From NCBI RefSeq assembly GCF_902459465.1, contig NC_047082.1, forward strand, positions 620,001-684,000: DNA of 64,000 nucleotides, read 5' to 3'. The position numbers and the translations under genes were made by a program. Within the stretch, counting starts at the first letter, position 1. Every line of letters begins with the position of its first letter. This DNA is from Asterias rubens (taxonomy: Eukaryota). Under the pieces are notes generated by a model, which made no database searches, was not told the DNA's origin, and saw only the letters and a program-made list of their open reading frames with translations. Shown here one piece after another: positions 38,193-50,700 of this stretch.

Positions 38193-40538
38193 TCAGACAC
38201 ACGTAGTGATCTCACAGCTCTCGTACTCGTGGTCGTCAGAGTCATCAGAATCCCTGCCGAACGTTGCCGTTGACGGGCTGGAGTTCATCCCGCTAAAGTC
38301 CAGTGAATCCTTGGAGATTGAACTCGTCAACGAGTCGACTTGAGACTCAGAGCTCGGTACCCTCTGCAAGCCGACTCTCTGCTGTGGGGTTGCCCGTTGT
38401 GGTGAGGAGTCCACCCTGGGCTGCGGGTCCACTCTCTGCGGACCTACCCTCTGTACGGGCATAGCTACTTGCAAGATGGGTAGTTCGATTGGGGGTCTGT
38501 TATAGGTGGCATTAGACTGCTGTTGGCACTGCCTCATACTCGATAGGGGTACCTCGGGAGGAACCTGGTCTCGATTCCCACATTGTGGGTTAATTGTCTC
38601 ATAGATAGGGGTGCTGATTTGAACTCGGCTGGTGGTACCACCTGTCTTGTTGTACCTGTTGTAACCTTTCGCGCAGCTGTACAAGAGGAGGAGCATGGAG
38701 CAAAAGAAGATACCGAGGATAGTGCCGACTCCCCCGGCAGCCAGAGCGCTCGGGAGACGCCATTCAGTGGAGCGGGTCTCGGGCTGCTTGACCTCCCCAA
38801 TTGAAATAGATTGATACTCCGGAGAATGAACAACCAAGAGGCCGGTTGCTGATGCAGTAAGTCCGGAGAGCATGGAGACCGAACATGTTATATCACACTG
38901 TGTGGCATGGTTCAGTGTGCTCAGCGTGATGGTCTGGCTGCCAGACTCGGACCAGAAGTCCTCTGGAGCCTGTTGGTCCGGCAGACAGTTGACCATCCAC
39001 ACAAATGTTGAGTTTTGAGGAGCAACCGGTTCAGTTGCACATCTGAAGTTGGCCTCACCACCAACGGATGTCTCAAAAACCTTAGGTGTTATATTCACGG
39101 TAATGTGTGTGTCTCTCTGAGATATCAAGATGCCAGAATCAGTTGCTTTGATTCCAGTTGTAGTAGCGACGTCACAAGTGATCATGACGTCATTGTCAAA
39201 CATCAAGGCTCGTTCCTTTGAAATCAGCAAAGTTGACCCTAAGTGACCTATGTTTTTTATTCCAAATGGATGATTCTCGGAGGTGGTGTTAGTAAAAATT
39301 TGCAAACTGTCAACATACCAGGTGTAAAACAATTGCTGACTGTCTTCCGTTTCAGCAAAACAGGTGAATGTGTAAATGTCTGAATCTTTAAATACACGGA
39401 GACGCTTTGGTGATATAGCAACCGAGAGTGGAAGGCTTTCTCTCAAGAGAATCCAGGCCGAGGCATTGCTAGATAGTCCAGAAGGAAGGCTTACCCCACA
39501 GGTAACCCTTGTGTTGTTTGAAGAGCGTTTTAAGTTTGGCAACCTCAAAGTTGAACCTTCCGAACCGACGTAAGATATTTCCGGAGTGTTTGTCCCATCT
39601 GTGTTGGAATGACTGAATGAGCTTTCACCTACGAACCAGGTGTATTTTACTATGTATGGAATTCCGCTTCCGAGGCATTTGAACACTGCACTTGATCCCA
39701 CCGCTGACACTGAATTCTCCTTCGTTATAACACCATTTGGTGGTTCGTTTAAAGGCAAAACTGAGCACTTACGCGGAGTCACCAAACTCGGGTGCGTCAC
39801 AAGACAAACAAATTCCCGTCCATTATCCTGTTCTTTCAACGAATATCGGTACAAGTTCGCGTTGCCAGTTGTTGAGAATAACTCTTTGTCTCCTGTGACC
39901 CAGGTTAAAGTTGGTAAAGGATTGGAAGCAATCGAGGAGATGCAAGAAAGCTCTACCAGAGCGCCTCCAAACGTCGGGTCAGCGGTGGCGATTTGAGACA
40001 CGCCGCATGACGGCACGTCTCCCTCGGGCGGCGTAACCACCGTCAGCTGCGCCTGATTGTTTTGTCCCGTTGCATAAATATTACGGATAGAGTCACCCAC
40101 TTTATATACGCAGTGAAATTTCCCTTGATCTTCATCTTGGGTGTTGTCGATTTGAAGCAAGCAGAGGTCCACATGGGACCCGTTTGAAGTGCTTACCTGC
40201 CGGTGCACCGTGGAGTACCGGCCATGGTCCCCGAGGGTTGCAACGGGGATGGTCGTCGTCAGTGCCGTACCACGGAATAAATATTCATGATTTGTGGTCC
40301 TCTCAGCTGGGAGATAGTACCACTTTAAGAGTGAGCCATCGTCCCATTTTATAGCCCAGTATAATTCCTCATCGGACGTTTTATCTGCTGCTGTACAGTT
40401 GAACTCAGCTCTTCCTCCCTCGATAGCTGTGAAGCTGGATGGCAGCCGCAAAGCGCGAATTCCAGAGGTTATGGTGAAACATTGGCACAAAATAAAAAAA
40501 ACAAGTTTGAAAATCTGAAGATAAGTGATTGTCTCCAT
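38193..40538 (-). CDS. Intronless Ig-superfamily type I membrane protein (5 Ig domains, TM, Tyr-containing tail)
   Basis: 781-aa ORF. Hydrophobic N-terminus. V-type domain (EFNC...W...EDQGKFHC) plus four further Cys/Trp Ig domains (ELSC..TW..FVC, VFKC..TW..VTC, TFTC..TW..ITC, NFRC..VW..ITC). TM segment ALAAGGVGTILGIFFCSMLLLLY. Tail ends in TTCV. Confidence 0.9.
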   Translation of the reverse strand: METITYLQIFKLVFFILCQCFTITSGIRALRLPSSFTAIEGGRAEFNCTAADKTSDEELYWAIKWDDGSLLKWYYLPAERTTNHEYLFRGTALTTTIPVATLGDHGRYSTVHRQVSTSNGSHVDLCLLQIDNTQDEDQGKFHCVYKVGDSIRNIYATGQNNQAQLTVVTPPEGDVPSCGVSQIATADPTFGGALVELSCISSIASNPLPTLTWVTGDKELFSTTGNANLYRYSLKEQDNGREFVCLVTHPSLVTPRKCSVLPLNEPPNGVITKENSVSAVGSSAVFKCLGSGIPYIVKYTWFVGESSFSHSNTDGTNTPEISYVGSEGSTLRLPNLKRSSNNTRVTCGVSLPSGLSSNASAWILLRESLPLSVAISPKRLRVFKDSDIYTFTCFAETEDSQQLFYTWYVDSLQIFTNTTSENHPFGIKNIGHLGSTLLISKERALMFDNDVMITCDVATTTGIKATDSGILISQRDTHITVNITPKVFETSVGGEANFRCATEPVAPQNSTFVWMVNCLPDQQAPEDFWSESGSQTITLSTLNHATQCDITCSVSMLSGLTASATGLLVVHSPEYQSISIGEVKQPETRSTEWRLPSALAAGGVGTILGIFFCSMLLLLYSCAKGYNRYNKTGGTTSRVQISTPIYETINPQCGNRDQVPPEVPLSSMRQCQQQSNATYNRPPIELPILQVAMPVQRVGPQRVDPQPRVDSSPQRATPQQRVGLQRVPSSESQVDSLTSSISKDSLDFSGMNSSPSTATFGRDSDDSDDHEYESCEITTCV

Positions 40539-43500
40539 TGGGAATTTTAAAGTGGGAAACAGAGCAGGAGAATAAAAAATGTGTTATGAATTACTAGGCT
40601 GAGAAATTCTCATACACAGTTCGATCTTGCGGTAATTCGTTGCGACGTTCAGTTATCATTACTAATCCCAATCAACCAATGATCACGCGCCAAACATAAC
40701 GAGAGGCAACTTGGAGTATAAGAAGTTAAACATTGACATCGAACCGTCTGTTCGTCAAATAAAAATTAAAACATCTCAAAGAATTAGTGAAGTTCACCCT
40801 CCCATCGGGTGCAGTCAGCCGAGCGATTCCCTACCGTGTTCCGAATTAATTTCTCCCGGTAAAATTTGTTTGCCGCAGACCACCACCGAGGGACCTACTT
40901 CAACGTGTGTGCAGTTAACTCCATCGTCCATCTGCTCCCCATCGAAATCAATTTCGAAAAAGCTGAATGTTTGTACATCAGAGGTATTTAATCAGCAAGT
41001 ACTTGCGCTTTTACCGTGCTTCAAGTGTTCCGCGATGCCCTCATGAAATCATGATAAATCGGGTCAGGTGTAGTCATACCAGCAGTTTGTTTTTCCTTCT
41101 CTCGTTTCCAGCAATTTTTCCCCACCAGGAAGTAAAGTGTTCCACACTGCGGTAGCTTGATCCTGTAATCGCAGAAGAATTAAATTGACGGGCAGTGATG
41201 ATGTTGAATGGTAAACAATTCATTGAATGTGGCCATGCACACACTCATGTCGATCTCTCCTTGGTAAACTATGCGGGTGCTAAAATCATCCCCCACACCA
41301 GCAACATTTTACTCATTCTACTTCTCCAAGTGAGTCAATTATCGCTGTGTGTCAATCAAATTGTTTTTTTTTCTTTTTGCAAATTAAAATCCTCACACAG
41401 CTTGACGTCGGGTCCAAGGAAAATGATACCGGTCATTTATCTATAATCGAAAGTACTGTATCTCAACATAGAAAAGGGCAGGTCGAGTTGACGTCACCAG
41501 CATAATTACATCCGGCTACTCATCAGCGAGCAAAGTCGTCCATTTGCCCAGATGACTCGTCACGCCCCAAGTTTATTTGTTAATTTGTGTGGGGAGTCTG
41601 GTGTCCAATCAACTCAAACAATGAAGACAAAAATCCACCGTCGAGTTCTGAAGCCGATTGTTAAATGCAATAATGTCAATCAGTCAAAAGTTCCATCGAT
41701 ATTTTATTTGCGGTTGCAAAGTCGATCCGATCCAACACGAAGAAAGTTCGTGGAAACTGTTTAAATTATTTATTCAGTTGCTGAAACATTACCACAAATT
41801 GAAACACTCAAATTGTATAAACTCTCTCGGACTTATAGTTCGAGGAAAGTTTCTCGTGCTGAGATGAGCATTATCCTCCACCCATCACGCCATACTGACA
41901 AATCGACACCTTTGTGGCACAGATTGAACACTGTATAAATCCACCCAAGCCTCACACATCCAATAAAAACCAAACAGACACGATGTAACACTAACATACC
42001 ACGGACACTTTAAAGAAAGGTAGATGGATCCGCTAAAAGGAACGCTGGCAATTAAGTTTGGCATCTTCCAATCTCATTTGGAATTATGTCTCTAGCCATC
42101 CTTCACAAGACGGGCCGCTCCAAAATGCGTCTTAAGCCGATTCCCATCTGTGTAGTGTAAACACGTTCCAGAGATCTAGGCATGCGTGTATTGTGTTTAT
42201 ATATTGTATTTCTTTTTTGAATGATATTATTAATGGCGGCACGTGTCTCGTGTGACACACGTGGTGCGGTTAGGTTTGGACAACTGGTCTGCCCGTGATG
42301 ATAAGGTCAACACCCCGGGGTGGGCATTATTTGGGGTGATGGATACCAAGACGAGCGGCCGGAGTGTCCAGAGCGGGCATCCAATGTCAAAATAATTAAT
42401 GGCAATCAACAATCATGTTTGCAAACTTCTTCCGTGGGAAGTTTTTTATCATCTTTTTTCCCTTGTGGGTTTGGATATGATGGCCAATAAAAATTCTCAG
42501 TGGCGCCTTGTGGGAACTCGTCCAGAATAATATTTACAACTGTTGTCAAAAGTTTACGATTCTTTTTTATTTAAGTTCCTGCGTGAGAATATGTTGGTGA
42601 AAAGTAGACACATAATAAAGTGAGTTCTTGTTTTGGTGAGAGAGAAAAAATAAGGTTAATGCCTCGTATGGTAGACTCAGAGGGTGTGTGCGAAAATCAT
42701 TCAAGTTTGACAGAACACACTTAATTAAATTTTCAAGGCTTGTTTTATGTTATCGAGCGGATCTTTGCATGTTAGCGTTCCTGGGTCTTTACAAAAATAT
42801 GGTTTCACTACAAAGTTCTCCTGTCATGCATGACCAAACATACTGCCTTACAATCTTGATCCGGTGAACATTATTATTGATAATGCAAGCCTCATTCCTT
42901 GATATCTCCACAGGCTCGCCTTGGATCGCCTGGCATACCAGCATATGTTTTTCAAATTCATCCATGGCTTGAGCAAATAATGAATTTACGAAGACTGTAT
43001 TTGGTCTGCATCTCATGCTTATCGTGTACCCGGTCAAGCGTGCTAAGATTTATATTAACGGTCAAATAAACTGAGCTGATGGACGTTATAAGGTAAATAT
43101 ATGACGAATGGATCTAATTTTGTTGTTACAAGAATAGTTTGAATTAAAATCTTTGGCTGTTTATTTTTATCGGTAAAACAGACAGAATTAAGTAAAATTG
43201 GAGACCATTTTGACCCTCTGCGTTTTTACAATCTCATTGTTTCAAAGTTATATAAAAATTGAATTAAAAAAGTGTTTACTTAAAATTGCTTTGGGAAACA
43301 CAAATACCTCATTTGATTGTGACTTAGAAATTTCAAGATTCTATAAACTAAATTAAAGTATGACACGTGATGCGTGTTCCACCAATCAAATTACAAGGAA
43401 TAAGAAACTGCGGTTTGTGTATACATTAGTCCAACCTAACAATGCCTCATATGCACTCTTGAATTAAAATCAAGGTGATGCACCGATGTAGCGTTGCTTT

Positions 43501-44600
43501 GCAATATTGCATAAATTAATCCTGTTCATTTTAATACAATGAGGCAGGGGTCGAAAATTAGGGTCTACATGTATTTGTAACTTAGGCCATCAGCTGTACC
43601 TTCTCCAGAAAACTGGAAGTACATTTTCATTACTGTTCATCTCTGTTATAAATCAGCCAGTCATAAACTAATAATATTATATAATGACCGTATAGTGCTT
43701 TGTGTACTCTAGTACGCGGAAGGTATAATTGAAAGGAGAGAGTAATAGTACATTAGTGAGCACATTGACCAGTCCTGTCATTTATAGGAGTACTTAATAT
43801 CAATGGCTGAGCCAACAACTCGTCAGACCTATGTCATGGATGGTCAAACCATTTCAATGGCATTTTTGCAATCGCTGCAACACTGCAGTATGTGTAGCTC
43901 TTTTATGTTTACACTTCCTTAAGTTATGATGGTCTAGAATGTTAATTGCAAAGTGAAAAAAAGTACTCCAAAAGAAGGTCCTGCAAAACTCATTATGTAC
44001 TGTCAAAAGGGATGGAACAAGTCCCAAGCTTGGAATTTAAAGTGCTGTTCCTATCACTGATTGAAAAGTCCTTCTAATAATGTTGCTTAAATCCATTAAT
44101 GTTCTGTGAAACTCATTGTGGAGTTCAAGACCGGAAAATGTGTTTTCCTTTTACGTTGTCTCGATTTTTAACGACACTTTGTTTCCCCCTATTCCAATAA
44201 CAAAGTAAAGACACTCACAGTACTTTCCGTATCGAAATGCAATTTCTCTGTTTACAGGAGAGAAGATAGTTACTAGTTACGTATGTCACTGAAAGTGCGT
44301 CTTTCTTACAAATCTTTGTTCAGATTGGAAACCCTTCTGCTTGATCACTTTTCCATTCCGCTTAGAAGTTTGTTTGTGAAGTTGTTGGTAGATATCAGAA
44401 CCATAGTCTTTATAATCAAATATGTATCCAGTCTCATCCTTTGGTTTTTAATTGTACTGTATTTTATTTTATCCCGAAACTGGAACAGACCCCATAACCC
44501 TGAGAGGGTAACATCAGTATAATCATAAATACTAGTAAGTAAAGCTAGGAGTGTTATCTTAGAACATTGGTTAAGCGTAATCACACAGTTTGATTTTCTG

Positions 44601-44985
44601 TTAAAGGCAGTGGACACTATTGTTAATTACTCAAAATAATTGTTAGCATAAAAACTCACTTGGTAACGAGTAATGGGGAGAGGTTGATGGTATAAAACAT
44701 TGTTAGAAACGGCTCCCTCTGATGTAACATAGTTGTCGAGAAAGAAGTAATTTTCTACGAATTTGATTTCGAGACATCAAGTTAAGAATTTGAGGTCTCG
44801 AAATCAACCATCTAAATGCACACAACTTCGTGAGACAAGTTTTTTTTTCTTCCATTATTATCTTGCAAGTTCGATGACCGATTGAGCTCAAATTTTCACA
44901 GGTTTGTAATTTTATTTGTGTGTTGAGATTCACCAACTGTGAAGGCTAGTCTTTGACAATTACCAATAGTGTCCACTGCCTTTAA
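44601..44985 (+). mobile_element. TTAA (Kolobok-type) MITE, family A
   Basis: Both TIRs and TTAA flanks present. Confidence 0.9.
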
Positions 44986-45940
44986 GCATAATCACACAGT
45001 TTGATTTTCTTTTAAAACGGTAAATAAAAAGACATAATATTTGGCAACACAATTAATTATAAACACGATACACAAAGCCATCTCATGGAGTGATTTCGTC
45101 CAGCAATTTTGCATAGCAAAATATTTAGACTCAACTTTTTTGTTCACACTGAATGCTAATGTAGCAAACCATGATTTTTAAATAGCAACTGATATATTTT
45201 GTGTAGCATTTTGCTCTGCTTTACAAGGGAAATTATTCACTGCCTCTCCAAAGATAGTAAGTTCTGAGTGGATTCTCGAATGAGAGGCTATAAATCTCCT
45301 TGACTGGTCTCAGCTGTTACATTATGATAGTCTGTTGGGCAGATCTGTAATGTTCCTGATGGAAATTCTTTATTACGAGAGAGCGTTTAACAGATGGTAT
45401 AATGACAACTGCCTAAATTTAAAATAATATAGTATTTTTAGATAAATATTACAAAAATAGTCCACATAAACTCTACAGGCGCCCTACACTCTGAAAATTT
45501 CTGAGAAATACTTCCATTAAAACCTCGATATTATGTTGTTATAACCGAAGTGTGATTATAATTCCAAGTTACCTATGGACATGCCCCGTCACAAACAGAC
45601 ACCCCATCAATCAAAAAAGCAACTAAAATTAACCACTATCAAAGTATATAACTAAGACCAAACAAATGACAAACTATCTAACAAACTATAACTAACTATC
45701 TGACGAATTAATTATCTAACTATTTTAGTAACTCTAAACTAAGTAAATTTTCCAACTAATTATTCTATAAAAATTGACTAAACAACTTTCGATCTAACTA
45801 ATCAAATCAACCCATTAATAAGCCTATACTAGGCTTAAACTGACCAACACAGCAATCCGCAAGTTTTCTGACTTTCCAGGCTATCCATTAATTATTACTT
45901 GTAACTTGTACACACCCATCAGCAGTGAGATGGAACAGTA

Positions 45941-46107
45941 AGGCCCTTTTCGAAACGACGGCTTCGGCTCTGGATTAGGCTCGGGGTTCCGCTTCTCGTA
46001 TGAAGCCCTGAGTGCGTATGTGCAAAGCACGCGCATATAACTCACTGCCGGGGCCAAGCTAGTCTGAGCCGGATCCAAAGCCGAAGCCGTCGTTTCGAAA
46101 AGGGCCT
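45941..46107. mobile_element. GGCCCTTTTCGAAACGACGGCTTCGGCT hairpin MITE
   Basis: ~40-bp near-perfect terminal inverted repeats. Confidence 0.8.
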
Positions 46108-47736
46108 ATGACATACAGACCCCACGGCATATTAAACGATCGATCATTGCATAATGGTTTACATGCACTGTATATAAACAGTAATTTCACTCAATGTCAA
46201 ATACCAACCAACCATAACCCAAACATGAACAGCCCATGGTTATTATGATACCATGTTCAGTCAGTCATTTATCACACCTAAACCAACATGTACTTGCGAC
46301 AATGTACATCTTCACATTTTATAAAAAACATATAAAAACAAAAAAGAAATTCATTAAGAATAGAATCTCCCTTTTACTCTTGCACTCTGTGGTTTAGGGA
46401 TTATTTTATTGAATGTACTAAACCACTCATTTGTGATTTGTTTTCCAATCGCACTTGGGGAAGTGTAAGGGGTGGGGTATGTGAGCGGGGAGCTACAGTC
46501 CCCCCCCCCCCCCCCCCCCCTCTGGTGGCAGGAGATTCCCCTACCCCCCCCCCCCAATTAGGCCAACTGTGCACAAACTTCTTCTGATAGATAGCGCCCT
46601 CTTTCAGCCTATGTTAATTTCCCATGGCGATGGAGCGAATGTGGTTAGGCCTATCTGAGAACTCTCAGGAAATTCAAATGTTTTTGTTTGTTTTTTTAAA
46701 TTAGAATTGAAAGTCTTGTATTACATAGCAGTATTCACACTATGACGCGAGGCCGCAAAGTCTCTGCCACTCCCCTTCATTAGAGCAAGCCCCGCCCCAA
46801 AAGAAATGGTATAATGAAGAGAAGACTTGGGGAAGTTGAACAAAGTTAGGTTTTCTTCGGATACGAGTACACGCGCACATGACACTACGGCCGCGGTATG
46901 TGTTCAAATGCTGACCACAAAGGAATTGTAAGTTTTTGTCATAAAAAGCTATATTTAACCGAATAATGAAGACAAATAGATTTGTGGAATTGATGAGGTA
47001 TATTATAATCGAATAAAACTGTTTTTAGTCTCATATTTAGAGGGACTGGAATGCTAAGTCATTTTGAACGGGTCATTGAGTTGTCCGGAAATTGGGCAAA
47101 GTGTTATCTGTCTATCTTCTCGCACAAAACTTGTCACTGGCCCGGCTGGCTTACAGTTTTTTACCTTTACTTTACATGTATTATACAAAAGCGTTGGGCA
47201 AAACATGAACATAACTTGCAACTTGACTTGACTCAGGGAAAAACTATTTTTGAGTCAATTTGAGTCAAGGGGGGGCCAAGTTCTTTATGATTTATTTATT
47301 TATGAGAATGAGATTGAATCATGAACTGAATGAGACTTGAGAGTAATTTAAATTTGACTTGACTTGGAATTTGATTCATTTGAATTTTATTTTACAAATG
47401 CAATTATTTGTATTTGTTTATTGTTTTAACAAAAATGAAAAAATTGAATCTTCGGTAACGATGCAGCCCAACAATTTTGAATTGAGTGCATGCTTTTGTC
47501 ACCTTTTTTTCAATGCCGAATGTTGTTAAATGTGCACTACTCTTCTTATTTTATTCATGGAATTAGAAAAACTACTTGTGACTTGACTGACTTGATCACT
47601 TGACTTGAGTTTCGAGTCAGAAATTACTTATGACACTGTTTGCTGCTCTTTATTTAGATTAGAGTTAGATCCTGCCCCAACAACATTGAGACTTGATCAT
47701 CTTTTTGATTGAGTGGTCGTCTCTAAGGTTGTGACA

Positions 47737-50700
47737 ATGGCATCAACATCACCACTCGACGCTCAGCTGCAGGAAATCCTCAATGATGCGCTGGTGAGTG
47801 CAAACAAAAGAGTAGGCCTGGAATTCTACAGAGGACACGGTGGGCATGGCGTCTGTTGCCCTGGTCTTGGCATTGGTTTAAATTCCTATATTATAGCAGG
47901 AGGTACCCCACCGGTTTAAGATGAGATAAGAATAAGATAAAAGAAGATCAAGAATATTATTTGTGTTTTACCCATACACTGATCTGTGTTAAGCCGCTAG
48001 TGATGGGTGTTTGAATAATGTCTGGTATACACAATGATTTGCTCAGTCACAAGTGACTGCTTAAATTGGAATCCCTTAACAGTTGCTATTGTTATTTTTT
48101 ATTTTTGCAGAGAACTACATCAATAGAGGAAGCATTTTGTGGGTAAGACTATTTTATATTTTTTTTAAATCTTGTCTCAGTTCCAAACTAGCTTATTTTG
48201 GGATTTCATATTTGGTGAACGGTTTAATGCATCTTCTCGATACATAATTAGCCAACACAACCTGTGCACTGGGATGGCTACAAATGGTTGGTCAACTCTC
48301 TCAAAAATGGTACCAAGTGTAAGAGGGTTAAACTGATGATTGTCTTGTGTTTCCCGCTTTCATCGATAGCTTCATCCTTCACTCCCCTGAAGATGACAGG
48401 AACAAGGTTATGTGCTGCATCGACTCCTTCAACCGATTCTGGAAATCTCTTGCTGCTGTAAGTTCTACTCTTAGGCCGTATCGGAATTAGCGGCTACAGC
48501 TATGGCTACAAGGACGTCCTATACTTCAATGCATGATGAGGCCATAGCCATAGCCACCAATTCTATCCCACTAAATCCGTGACATTATCTTCTTCCTGCT
48601 AAATACTGAACAAGGGCTAATTTCACATCGCCGCTTTAATATCCAAAGCAAATTCTTGTGCGGACTATAGCAGATACGTAAGCGTATTTCCCACCACAAA
48701 GAAAATCGTAAAATGTCCGATGACGGACCCTAATTTCATGATCTGGATTGTGAATGTCAACGTGCATGCTATTTTTTTAGTGGAAAAGAATAAAGATATG
48801 ACCTGTTCCCCAAGCTGAGTTACAACCTTGTCGAACTGACTATAAAGGATTGTTTTTATTTTTAGGAGTCACATGAGCTTGTCTTGGGGTTCTACGTGAC
48901 CCACATACATCGTCAAAAGTCTCACCAACGGTTAAAGCTCCTGTGTGATATGCTACTGATGTCAGCAGATCAACATGGCATCCCAGCAAGGTAAGAATTA
49001 GGATGTCAATTATTGCTATCTTTTAATAACGTGAAATTCAGGTTTCAAAACAGTTTCAGCTACAGCACATTTTCAGCTACAAAACAATCCATCCACAAAA
49101 TGAGGAGGGTGAAGTCTCTTGTTATTAACCACTCTTTTCTTGTTCACATTTTCCCCCTCTTTTTCCAGAATGCTTTGTGAAGCTCTCTTGTCCAACCCTA
49201 GTCTTGATTATAAGTCATCTGAACCATGGTGTAAGACGTTTCAGCTCGTAGACAGGATTATTGTCAACGTGGACTACAAGGTTTGCAATCAGTTTCATCG
49301 TTCTCTAGAATTTCCTGTGAAAATACCGTGATGATTTTTGTTGCTTTCTCAGCAAGTAGACACTGTATTCAGCTGAAACTTTCACATATTACTCCTTCTT
49401 TGTATCTTTTTTTTTCTCCTTATAAATAAGTATTAATTTGATAAAAACCAATCTATGACTCTACCTTTTGTGCAAAAAATAGTTATTGGCCTGGCATATT
49501 GACCCCAGCAGAGTCTTTCTCAAACGCTTAATGACAGCCCAACAAATATGAACCTTTGTTAGGTTTTTAGATTAATGGATAAAGTTATACACTCATGCCT
49601 TTAAAGGCAGTGGACACTATTGGTAATCAGTCAATATAATTATTAGCATAAAACCATACTTGGTAATGAGTAATGGGGAAAGGTTGATAGTATCACATGG
49701 TGCGAGAATTGGCTCCCTCTGAACCGACGTAGTTTTCGAGAAAGAAGTTATTTTCCACGAATTTGATTTCGAGACCTCGGATTTAGAATTTGAGGTCACG
49801 AAATCAAGCATCTGAATGCACCCAACATCGTGTGACATGGGTGTTTTTTCTTTCATAATTATCTCACAACTTCGACGACCAATTGAGCTCAAATTTTCAC
49901 AGTTTTAGTATTTTATGCATGTGTTGAGATACACCAAGTGAGGAGACTGGTCTTTGACAATTACCAATAGTGTCCATTGTCTTTAATGACAGCATAACAA
50001 ATATGAACCTGATAAGTGTAACATAAGCAGTGAAGTGGAAATACATGCATAGAGACAGAGAGAGAGAATCAGAAAGCATACTCTACCTTTAAAGCAGATT
50101 CCAGCCAACGCTTTATGATTGTCTGTTGTTTTGTGAATATCTAGGGATGCAGAGATCTCCTGAGGGTGATCTTAGAGAAGATAGAGCTGATTCCAGTCAC
50201 GGTCAACGTCTCTGCCTCGAAGCAGCTTGATGCTGCCGTTAAGGTTCTCACCCACATCCTAGACAGGAATGCTTTCCTACTGCCGAGCTACTTCGCTGTC
50301 AATGAACTCAAAAAGCTGTTCCCAGATGACAATCCAAACACTCATTGGGTAGGAATCTATGTTGCTTTAATGATTGTTTTATTTTTTTGTATTATTATTT
50401 TTTTTTATACAAGCCGCCAGACACACAAGACCTTAAGGCTTCTTCAAGGTGTAGCCTACAGATCAACTATTTTTCCAGGGGCCGTTGCTACCTACTCCTG
50501 GGGCTGAAACAGGGTTACCCCCGTAACAGTCCATACGCACTACCTCCCCAACTTTACAAAGCAATCATGGTTAAGTGTCTTGCTTAAAGACACAAGTGTT
50601 ACTACCGGGACTCAAACCCACATTCTGCTGATCAGAAACACCAGAGCTTGAATCCACTGCTCTTAATTGCTAGGGCGCGATGGCAAATGTATTTATAATT

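Noticed and set aside
42789-43037. 82-aa minus-strand ORF as a transposase fragment
   Set aside because: No motif could be recognised with confidence.
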